Positions 38,479-46,425 of a stretch of DNA of 64,000 nt are shown here, piece by piece. Under the pieces are notes generated by a model. The model saw only the letters and a list, made by a program, of their open reading frames with translations. It was not told the DNA's origin and did not search any database. The stretch is from contig CAZHTP010000001.1 in the NCBI GenBank assembly GCA_964535655.1, positions 186,862 through 250,861 of the forward strand. The letters are read 5' to 3'. The position numbers and the translations under genes were made by a program. Positions within the stretch are counted from its first letter, which is position 1. Every line of letters starts with the position of its first letter. The stretch comes from an uncultured Gammaproteobacteria bacterium. Lineage in GTDB: Bacteria; Patescibacteriota; Microgenomatia; JALYQM01.

Positions 38479-39270
38479 ATGTCTTCCCAGGATATATCAA
38501 TGCGCGAGCTTTTAGAGGCAGGCGCACACTTTGGTCACCAGTCACGGCGCTGGAACCCTAAAATGAAGCCGTTTATTTATCAGTCCCGCGATAACATTCA
38601 TGTTATTGACCTTGCTTTAACAGCAAGCGGCCTTCGTGAAGCATGTGAGTATATACATGACTTGGCTGCTGAAGGTGGAACGGTTCTTTTTGTTGCTACT
38701 AAGCGACAAGCTAAAGAACTTGTAAAAAAAGCAGCAATAGATTGCGGAATGCCATTTATTGTTGAGCGTTGGGTTGGCGGAATGCTTACAAATTGGGATA
38801 CCATTCAGAAAAATATCGATCGCCTTCGACTAACTAAATCTCAACAGGCTTCTGGTGAACTTGAACACTATACTAAAAAAGAACAGTCTCTCATGATGAA
38901 GGAAGCTGACCGTTTACAGAAGATTTATGAAGGTCTTTTGGACATCAATAAAATTCCTGATGCTGTGTTTATTGTAGATGTACGTAAAGAAAAAATTGGC
39001 CTTAAAGAAGCAAAACGACGAGCAATTCCCGTAATTGGTGTCTGCGATACCAACTGTGACCCTTCAGAAGTAGATATTGTTATTCCAGCAAACGATGACG
39101 CTTTAAAGTCAATAGAGTACATCGTAACAAAAGTATCTGATGCAGCGCTTGCAGGTAGAAAAGCCGCTGGTGCAAAAGCTTCGGATAAAGATAAGGCCGA
39201 AACTGTTGAAGGCTTAAAAGATGTAAAGCCAAAACGAAAGACTGCTAAAAAATCAGAAGAGACTAAATAA
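38479..39270 (+). CDS. rpsB: 30S ribosomal protein S2
   Basis: MRELLEAGAHFGHQSRRWNPKM. Preceded by a leader of about 100 nt carrying an SD (AAAGGAGC). Confidence 0.95.
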   Translation: MSSQDISMRELLEAGAHFGHQSRRWNPKMKPFIYQSRDNIHVIDLALTASGLREACEYIHDLAAEGGTVLFVATKRQAKELVKKAAIDCGMPFIVERWVGGMLTNWDTIQKNIDRLRLTKSQQASGELEHYTKKEQSLMMKEADRLQKIYEGLLDINKIPDAVFIVDVRKEKIGLKEAKRRAIPVIGVCDTNCDPSEVDIVIPANDDALKSIEYIVTKVSDAALAGRKAAGAKASDKDKAETVEGLKDVKPKRKTAKKSEETK

Positions 39271-39344
39271 CCCTCTTAATATAAACTAAAGAGAAAGCCT
39301 TGAATAGTTTCAAGGCTTTCTGGGCAACATATAGGAGACTATAT

Positions 39345-39803
39345 ATGAATATTTCAGCTGAAATGGTTAAAGAGCTCCGAGAAAAAACAGGAGCGGGAAT
39401 TATGAATTGTCGTCGTGCTTTAGAGAAAGCCGAAGGAGATCTAAAAAAGGCAGCCGAGATCTTAATGACTGAAGGTATTGAAAAAGCAGATAAGAAATCT
39501 GATCGTGTAACGGGGAGCGGATCTGTATTTACCTATACTCATGGAGAAGGTCGAATTGCTGCAATGGTTGAGTTACTTTGTGAAACAGATTTCGTGGCTC
39601 GAACTGAAGATTTTCAGAAACTTGGAAAAGAGATTGCAATGCAGGTTTCAGCTATGAACCCTGTAGACGTTGCGGAACTTGAAAAACAAACGTATATTAG
39701 AGATAGTAAAATGACAATTAAAGATTTAGTTAAGTCGGGAATTGCAAAACTTGGAGAAAATATTCAGGTTCGCCGCTTTGCTCGGTTTACGCTTGGGGAG
39801 TAA
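39345..39803 (+). CDS. tsf: Elongation factor Ts (short form)
   Basis: ELREKTGAGIMNCRRAL UBA-like N-terminus. About 153 aa. SD GGAG upstream. The ORF-track start at 39300 lies within a hairpin. Confidence 0.85.
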   Translation: MNISAEMVKELREKTGAGIMNCRRALEKAEGDLKKAAEILMTEGIEKADKKSDRVTGSGSVFTYTHGEGRIAAMVELLCETDFVARTEDFQKLGKEIAMQVSAMNPVDVAELEKQTYIRDSKMTIKDLVKSGIAKLGENIQVRRFARFTLGE

Positions 39804-39805
39804 GT

Positions 39806-40348
39806 ATGGATCTTGATTCTCAAATGCAAAAAATACTAGATGGACTCAAATCGGAGTTAGCACAAGTTAGGACTGGCCGCGCAACACCTGCCCTTGTCGA
39901 GAATGTTTTTGTAGAAGTGTATGGAACTAAAATGCGTTTAATGGAGCTTGCAACGATACTTGCTCCTGATGCTCATTTAATTACTATTCAGCCATGGGAT
40001 ACCGGGAACCTAACTCCAATTAGAAAAGGGATTGAAGAAGCTAATTTAGGGCTAAACCCTCAAATTGATGCAACAAATGTTATTCGTATCTCTATACCTC
40101 CACTTACGGAAGAGCGTCGAAAAGAATTTGTAAAACGTGTTAAAGCGATAATTGAAGATTTTAAGGTTCGATTACGTATGGCTCGACAAGATGCGGTAAA
40201 AGATATTGAAAAACAGGAAAAAGCTAAAGAAATATCTGAAGATGACGCAAAACGGGAGAAAGATAAGATTCAGAAATCTGTTGATTCCTATGTTGCGAAA
40301 ATTGACGCATTAGGCAGTGCGAAAGAAGAAGATTTAATGAAAGTATAG
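39806..40348 (+). CDS. frr: Ribosome recycling factor
   Basis: 180 aa of RRF family (ELAQVRTGRATPALVENV). Directly follows tsf; pyrH is absent. Confidence 0.9.
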   Translation: MDLDSQMQKILDGLKSELAQVRTGRATPALVENVFVEVYGTKMRLMELATILAPDAHLITIQPWDTGNLTPIRKGIEEANLGLNPQIDATNVIRISIPPLTEERRKEFVKRVKAIIEDFKVRLRMARQDAVKDIEKQEKAKEISEDDAKREKDKIQKSVDSYVAKIDALGSAKEEDLMKV

Positions 40349-40386
40349 TCCCTCGACTTAATTTGGGATACGAAAGGATCTGCTCA

Positions 40387-41487
40387 ATGGATTTTATTAT
40401 CATTCTTCTCGTGCTTGTGATACTTCATGAGTTCGGCCATTTTATTGCCGCAAGGCGAAGCGGTGTTCGTGTTGAGGAATTTGGTTTTGGACTTCCTCCT
40501 CGGATTTTTGGACGAAAGTTTGGGAAAAAACCTCTTCCTGGTAAACCTGATGAACGAACCTTATTTTCACTTAACTGGTTGCCAATTGGCGGATTTGTAC
40601 GCTTAACTGGCGAAGATGCAATTTACCAAGATGAAACTGATCCCCGCAATTTTCAGAACGCTGCTTTATGGAAACGTATGGTGATTGTGTTAAGTGGCGT
40701 AGTAATGAATTTTATTTTAGGTATTACACTTTTTGCGGTTGTTTATTCTTTTATTGGGATACCTGCTCGGCCACCTAAGGTTGATGTTTTAGTAAGTAAA
40801 GTAGCTCAGGATTCTCCCGCTTCAATAGTTGGCTTACAGAAAGGTGACCGAATTGATGGCTTCAATGGAGCTACTGTCAAGGACTCAGAATCGCTTATCA
40901 CTGAGGTTAAGAAGAATGTTGATAAAGTTATTACACTCTCTATTGTCCGTAATGGTTCAGAAAAGCGTGATGTTGCCTTGATTCCTCGAAGTAATCCTCC
41001 TGAGGGACAAGGAGCTCTTGGAGTTCAGCTTGATCAAAAGTTACGTACAACGTTCTATCCAAAATGGCAGATGCCTTTTTATGGTGTTGCTGCAGGATTT
41101 ACTGATACGGTCGAGATGTCCAAGCAGATTTTACCTGCGTTGAAAAATTTAATTACCTCACTTGCATTCCAGCAAAAGGTCCCATCTGAAGTGGCTGGTC
41201 CTGTAGGGATTTATCGTGCTTCAAAGCTTTTCTGCGGATCTGGGGTTCTTTCTTGTCTGCAGTTTGCTGGATTGCTTTCTGTAAACCTAGCTATCTTTAA
41301 TCTATTGCCAATTCCGGCTCTCGATGGAGGACGGTTTGCTTTTATGCTCTATGAGGCAATTACTCGTCGTAAGCCGAATCCTAAGTTTGAACAGTGGTCA
41401 CATGCGATATTCTTTGCGCTTCTTATCTTGTTGTTGCTGTTTGTGACGTACAATGATGTGTTTGTGTCGAAAGGGTTGTTGAAGTAG
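40387..41487 (+). CDS. rseP: RIP (site-2) zinc metalloprotease RseP
   Basis: HEFGHF in TM1, a PDZ-like segment, and the C-terminal LDGG motif. SD AAAGGA before the ATG at 40387. Confidence 0.85.
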   Translation: MDFIIILLVLVILHEFGHFIAARRSGVRVEEFGFGLPPRIFGRKFGKKPLPGKPDERTLFSLNWLPIGGFVRLTGEDAIYQDETDPRNFQNAALWKRMVIVLSGVVMNFILGITLFAVVYSFIGIPARPPKVDVLVSKVAQDSPASIVGLQKGDRIDGFNGATVKDSESLITEVKKNVDKVITLSIVRNGSEKRDVALIPRSNPPEGQGALGVQLDQKLRTTFYPKWQMPFYGVAAGFTDTVEMSKQILPALKNLITSLAFQQKVPSEVAGPVGIYRASKLFCGSGVLSCLQFAGLLSVNLAIFNLLPIPALDGGRFAFMLYEAITRRKPNPKFEQWSHAIFFALLILLLLFVTYNDVFVSKGLLK

Positions 41488-41663
41488 ATCGCTAGCTAGT
41501 TATTATTCGCTCAAAGCTAGGCATTTAGAAGCTCCTGCGCTTATAGCTCAGGATCTACGGCTCCGCCAAGTTGCGTTCGCCTGCGATCTGCTTTGCCAAT
41601 AGCAGTATGGCAAAGAAGGTCACCACAAAGCTTTCCATTGAAAGTGCAAGTACATTCCTCTAA

Positions 41664-44228
41664 TTACATCTCTATTGATTGGCCTTCAGTTAGTTTTCCT
41701 TCGAGAATTAGTGTGGCGATTTTTGACTCAAGCTGGTCTTGGATTTCTCGTTGTAATGGTCTTGCGCCTAGCTCAACATTGTAGCCATTTTTAATGAGTG
41801 CCTCAATGGTTTGTGGTGCGAAGGTAATGGTAATCTTTTTGGTGTCGTAGAGTTGCTGTGCTATCTTACCAAGTTGTATTTGTACTACTTTCTCGATGCT
41901 TTGGCGAGTGAGTGGTTTAAATAAAATTATTTCATCGAAGCGGTTAAGAAATTCGGTGCGGAAGTAGGGTGATAAGATGTGGTATATCTCTTTTTGAATT
42001 TGTTCGTACTGATCGGGTGCTGTTATTGTTTGAAATCTTTTCGTAATCTCATGGGTACCGGCATTGCTGGTAGCTATAATAATTGATTCGTTGAATTCGA
42101 CGGTGGAACCATATGCGTCGGTTAATCGTGCATCGTCAAGTACTTGCAAAAATAAATCGAGGACCTGTGGATGAGCTTTCTCGAGCTCATCAAGAAGCAG
42201 TAAACTATATGGTTGTTTGCGAATGATCTCAGTTAGAGGAGCGAGACTAGTGCTCCCCTCAGAGTTGCCGATAATCCTCGCGACGCTATCCTGATTCTGA
42301 TATTCACTCATATCCAAACGAATCATTTTTTTCTCACTACCGAAATATATTTTTGCAAGCGTTTTTGCCATCTCAGTTTTTCCTACACCAGTAGGCCCAA
42401 CAAAAAGAAAGGAGCCGATAGGTTTATTAGTATTGCGAAGGCCAGATCTGTTGCGACGGAGGTTTTCAGAGATCGCATGTACCGCGTCAGTCTGATCTAC
42501 TATATATTTTCTAAACTCATCTTCCATATGGAGCAGAGTTTGCGCCTCATTTTTTTCAATATCACCGACAGGTATTGTTGTTTGTGCTGTAACGATTTTA
42601 TCAACAAGTTGCTCCAGGATTGGAACTCTTTTACCATATCGTGTTATCCATAGATTTTGAGAGTGATCATTGTAGGCAACAATCGCGATATCATCAATAA
42701 GCGTTAGGGCTTTCTCAGGGAAAAAACCTTGGTGAATATAATTTTTAGCATACGTTACGATTAGATCGAGTATAGGGTAGGGGAAAAAGAGTGCATATTT
42801 TTCTTCAAGTTGTAGTGATGCGGTATGAATGATTGATGCCGTTTCGTTTTGATCTGTTTCTGGGACTTTTATATGAGTGAATTGCCCTAAGAACATGGGA
42901 CTATTCTGTTCGAGTGTTTTATATTCTTTTGGTGTTATTGCTCCAATGATAGTTAATTTCCCGTTAGTTATGGGTTTTTGTAATAATGAAAAAAGATTTA
43001 TGCCTTCTTTTGTTTTAGTTTCGATAGCTGCACTGAAATCATTTAAATAGAGTATGATATTGGTGCTTCGTTCAATTTCATCGATAATCAGTTCTACGCG
43101 CTCTTCAAATGCTCCTTTTTCTGTTGTTCCTGCAAACAATCTACCAATATCGAGATCCATTATTCTTTTACTCCATAACGGACCATGGGTTGCCCCAGTA
43201 TTAATTGCATGAGTGATTTCGCGAACAAGTGTATCTTTCCCAACACCAATTTCACCAATTAAAAGCACATTGGCATTTTGAGGTTTTTGTAGCGCTTTTT
43301 CAATAGCTTTAATAATTTCGCTGCGAATAACTCGTTGCGGTTCATTGGCTACTGCTGAATTTAAATCATATCCGTATTGGTTAAGAATAGGTGTAACTGT
43401 TCCTTGCCAGGTGCGATTGGTTCCTCCACCTACAAGAAGCTGGTAATCGGAATCCCATAAACGGGGAGGATACAAGAGTGTGAATTCGTATTCTTCCCAG
43501 GAAATGAAGAGGTGAAATAGATGAAGGTCAAGTTTATTCTTTCGCAAAATTACTTCAATTTCCGCTCCATATAAATGCATTATTGCAGCAAATACGTGTA
43601 CAGTTCTGATTATTCGTACATTTTGCTCACGTACCAGGGTATATATTTCCACTAGTAAATTCTTTCCGTTTGTCTGATGCGAAGCTAAGACCGGCCAAAT
43701 CTCGTTCATTGGGAGCAAAGATCTTTGAATAAAATGTTTAACATCAGGAGAGTCTTTTAATACTGATAGAAAATTTGGATTACCAAGATTTTTAATGAGC
43801 GTGCGAGCTTCTTTGTTGCAATAGGGTAAGATATCATAATTAGTTGCTTTAATAGGGTGAAGTTGGTAGGCTTTTTTGCGGGCAATAGCAATAAAATACA
43901 TTAATCCTATGAATGGTGTAATTAAAAACAGGGGGTACCTAAATGCAACAGCTAATGAACTTATCCAAATTAAAGGAAGCGTTAAAAGTATAATTGAACT
44001 TATAGTGAAAACGAGTGCGCCAATTATTATTACAGAAGTTCGTGTAACTAGTGAGATACATCTTCCTACAAAGGTACGATCACCATAAATTGGTGTAAAG
44101 AAATAACGTGCATTGGTTGTAATGCCAATTAAATCTTCAATTTTTGCTAAAGCATTATTAATGAAATGAAATTGAGCAATTAAAGCGCGATAAAAATACC
44201 AGGAAAAAAACTCTGTTATTGTATTCAT
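41664..44228 (-). CDS. Membrane-anchored Clp-like double AAA+ ATPase with a degenerate first nucleotide-binding domain
   Basis: 854 aa. Residues roughly 60-125 form 2-3 hydrophobic helices where a Clp_N domain would normally sit. D1 has Walker A GEIGVGKD (Thr replaced by Asp) and Walker B LYLNDF (DE replaced by ND). D2 is canonical (GPTGVGKT, LLLLDELEKAH, sensor ATSNAG, GARPLQR). No IGF/LGF ClpP-docking loop is seen. Confidence 0.75.
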   Translation of the reverse strand: MNTITEFFSWYFYRALIAQFHFINNALAKIEDLIGITTNARYFFTPIYGDRTFVGRCISLVTRTSVIIIGALVFTISSIILLTLPLIWISSLAVAFRYPLFLITPFIGLMYFIAIARKKAYQLHPIKATNYDILPYCNKEARTLIKNLGNPNFLSVLKDSPDVKHFIQRSLLPMNEIWPVLASHQTNGKNLLVEIYTLVREQNVRIIRTVHVFAAIMHLYGAEIEVILRKNKLDLHLFHLFISWEEYEFTLLYPPRLWDSDYQLLVGGGTNRTWQGTVTPILNQYGYDLNSAVANEPQRVIRSEIIKAIEKALQKPQNANVLLIGEIGVGKDTLVREITHAINTGATHGPLWSKRIMDLDIGRLFAGTTEKGAFEERVELIIDEIERSTNIILYLNDFSAAIETKTKEGINLFSLLQKPITNGKLTIIGAITPKEYKTLEQNSPMFLGQFTHIKVPETDQNETASIIHTASLQLEEKYALFFPYPILDLIVTYAKNYIHQGFFPEKALTLIDDIAIVAYNDHSQNLWITRYGKRVPILEQLVDKIVTAQTTIPVGDIEKNEAQTLLHMEDEFRKYIVDQTDAVHAISENLRRNRSGLRNTNKPIGSFLFVGPTGVGKTEMAKTLAKIYFGSEKKMIRLDMSEYQNQDSVARIIGNSEGSTSLAPLTEIIRKQPYSLLLLDELEKAHPQVLDLFLQVLDDARLTDAYGSTVEFNESIIIATSNAGTHEITKRFQTITAPDQYEQIQKEIYHILSPYFRTEFLNRFDEIILFKPLTRQSIEKVVQIQLGKIAQQLYDTKKITITFAPQTIEALIKNGYNVELGARPLQREIQDQLESKIATLILEGKLTEGQSIEM

Positions 44229-44317
44229 AAATCTAGTGTAATGGGTTTAGTGCGAGCAGTAAAGGATTAGTGAATATTGTGTTTGGGACGGTTTTTTTGT
44301 ATGATGGGCGGAGTTTT

Positions 44318-44391
44318 GGACTCTTAGCTCAGTTGGTTAGAGCGTCACATTGACATTGTGAAGGTCAGAGGTTCGAGTCCTCTAGGGTCCA
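44318..44391 (+). tRNA. tRNA-Val (anticodon GAC)
   Basis: Hand-folded cloverleaf: acceptor GGACTCT/AGGGTCC, D-loop AGTTGGTTA, anticodon loop TTGACAT, T-loop TTCGAGT. Confidence 0.8.
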
Positions 44392-44410
44392 CATATAGAG
44401 TAAAAGCAGA

Positions 44411-44438
44411 TTGATGTTTAAAACAAACGTAGTATACT
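44411..44438 (+). promoter_or_regulatory. Promoter TTGATG, 16 nt, TATACT driving the thrS leader
   Basis: Hexamers at 44411-44416 and 44433-44438. Confidence 0.45.
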
Positions 44439-44444
44439 CATTCC

Positions 44445-44602
44445 TACGAAAGCGCTTGTACTTGGATTACCAACCCGAGGAGCTGGAAACGAGTGATTCA
44501 CGTAATGAATTAAGAGTGTCCCTTAGGGGGAATCGAAGTGGAACCGCGGTAGAAAAGCCGTCTTCGAGCATTATTAGATTAGTGCTTGAGGACGGTTTTT
44601 TT
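44445..44602 (+). promoter_or_regulatory. T-box riboswitch leader of thrS (Thr specifier ACC, then A)
   Basis: T-box core AATCGAAGTGGAACCGCGG (44531-44549) matches the AAnnnGGGUGGnACCGCG consensus, with UGGA as in the B. subtilis thrS leader. Candidate specifier ACC-A at 44469-44472. Terminator hairpin GCCGTCTTCGAGCA...TGCTTGAGGACGG plus T7 (44558-44602), then SD AAGGAGG. Confidence 0.7.
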
Positions 44603-44620
44603 AGTTCTTAAGGAGGACAT

Positions 44621-46381
44621 ATGAAAACGGAGGAATATTTACCCTTGCTTCGCCATAGTGCGGCTCATTTGCTTGCAGCAGCAGTGATGGAACTCTATCC
44701 GGAGGCTAAAAGAACTATTGGTCCGGCTATCGAGAATGGTTTTTACTATGATTTTGATTTTGGTGATGTGAAAGTATCCGATGAGGATCTCGCTAAAATT
44801 GAAGCAAAAATGCATGAAATTGTAACCTCGTGGAATGGATTTGAAAAAGAAGAGGTATCCGTTGAGGAAGCAAAGAAGCGATTTGCAGATAATCCCTATA
44901 AACTTGAACTCATTGAAGAGTTTGCGCAGGAAGGTCAACAGTTAACTATATATAAGAGTGGTGCTTTTGAGGATCTCTGCCGAGGTGGACACTCGGCCAA
45001 TCCTCAGAAAGATCTGGTTGCCTTTAGATTGCTTTCTTTGGCCGGAGCATATTGGCGGGGGAATGAAAAGAATAAAATGTTGACTCGCATTTATGGTACT
45101 GCCTTTCCTACACAAAAAGAGCTTGATGCATATATTACGCAACAGGAAGAAGCTAAGAAGCGTGATCATAAAAAATTAGGTAAGGAACTAGATTTATTTA
45201 TTTTTTCCGACCTGGTCGGTAAAGGATTGCCGTTATGGACGCCCAAGGGTTCAACCGTACGACGCGAATTGGAACGATTTATTGTTGATGAAGAGCTTGA
45301 TCGCGGCTATTTGCATGTATATACGCCTGATATTGCTCAAATCAAATTATATGAGACTTCGGGACACTATCCATATTATAAAGATTCAATGTATGCGCCT
45401 ATTGTTATTGATGATGAACAATTCATGCTTCGTCCGATGACATGTCCTCATCATTTCGAAATTTATCGATCTCGCCCAAGAAGCTATAAAGAACTTCCTA
45501 TGCGTATTGCTGAGTTAGCTAAATTGTATCGTTATGAACAATCCGGAGAGTTATCGGGACTGCAAAGAGTACGTAGTTTCTGCCTTGCTGATGCACATAT
45601 TATTACGCAGCCTGAGAAGGCAGAGGATGAAATTAATCAGGCTTTAGATCTGATTGAATATGCAGCAGGCATCTTTGGATTAAAAGCAAACGAAGATTAT
45701 TGGTATCGTTTATCTTTAGGCGATCGTTCCGATGATACTAAATACTTTAAAAGCGATGCAGAGTGGGATAATGCCGAAGATATTTTGCGCAAAGTTTTAG
45801 GATCACGTTCAGTTCGCAATGTCGAAGCCCCCGGAGAGGCTGCTTTTTATGGTCCAAAAATTGACGTTCAAATGAAAAATGTTAATGGTAAGGAAGATAC
45901 CGCTTTCACTGTACAATATGACTTTGTTATGCCGAAGCGATTTCAGCTTAAATACATCGACGAGCATGGACAGGAGCTTGAGCCGGTAGTTGTTCATCGT
46001 TCTTCAATTGGCGCAATCGAGCGTGTAATAGCGTTCCTTATTGAAAAATATGGTGGTGCATTTCCAGCTTGGCTTGCGCCTGTTCAAGCGGTAGTTATTC
46101 CAATCGCCGATCGTCATGCTGAATATGCCCAAGAATTGGCAGCTGAACTGAAAAAGGCAAAAGTTCGGGTAGATGTAGATTCCCGTTCAGAGTCGATGCA
46201 ATCTAAAATACGAGATGCTCAATTGCAAAAAGTTCCTTATATGCTCGTCGTAGGGGATAAAGAGATGGAAGCGAAAGGTGTGGCAGTGCGTAAACGTAAT
46301 GGAAAAAATGGAAGTCTTCAGCCATTCTCTGAATTTAAAGCTGAATTGCTCAGAGAGATCGCTAATAAAGAAAATAAGTAA
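44621..46381 (+). CDS. thrS: Threonine--tRNA ligase (lacks the N-terminal TGS domain; begins at the editing domain)
   Basis: RHSAAHLLAAAV..GFYYDF editing-domain start, class II catalytic motifs, C-terminal anticodon-binding domain. Confidence 0.9.
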   Translation: MKTEEYLPLLRHSAAHLLAAAVMELYPEAKRTIGPAIENGFYYDFDFGDVKVSDEDLAKIEAKMHEIVTSWNGFEKEEVSVEEAKKRFADNPYKLELIEEFAQEGQQLTIYKSGAFEDLCRGGHSANPQKDLVAFRLLSLAGAYWRGNEKNKMLTRIYGTAFPTQKELDAYITQQEEAKKRDHKKLGKELDLFIFSDLVGKGLPLWTPKGSTVRRELERFIVDEELDRGYLHVYTPDIAQIKLYETSGHYPYYKDSMYAPIVIDDEQFMLRPMTCPHHFEIYRSRPRSYKELPMRIAELAKLYRYEQSGELSGLQRVRSFCLADAHIITQPEKAEDEINQALDLIEYAAGIFGLKANEDYWYRLSLGDRSDDTKYFKSDAEWDNAEDILRKVLGSRSVRNVEAPGEAAFYGPKIDVQMKNVNGKEDTAFTVQYDFVMPKRFQLKYIDEHGQELEPVVVHRSSIGAIERVIAFLIEKYGGAFPAWLAPVQAVVIPIADRHAEYAQELAAELKKAKVRVDVDSRSESMQSKIRDAQLQKVPYMLVVGDKEMEAKGVAVRKRNGKNGSLQPFSEFKAELLREIANKENK

Positions 46382-46425
46382 AGCTCTAGTAATATATTTA
46401 GACCTATAGTATAATCTTTCGCATT

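Noticed and set aside
41593-41784. 63-aa plus-strand ORF overlapping the 3' end of the Clp-like gene.
   Set aside because: It starts in the structured intergenic spacer and runs antisense to a strongly supported gene, with no translation signals.
44411-44611. 66-aa ORF upstream of thrS.
   Set aside because: It coincides with the T-box leader (promoter, specifier region, T-box core and terminator). The RNA element explains the sequence; there is no SD.
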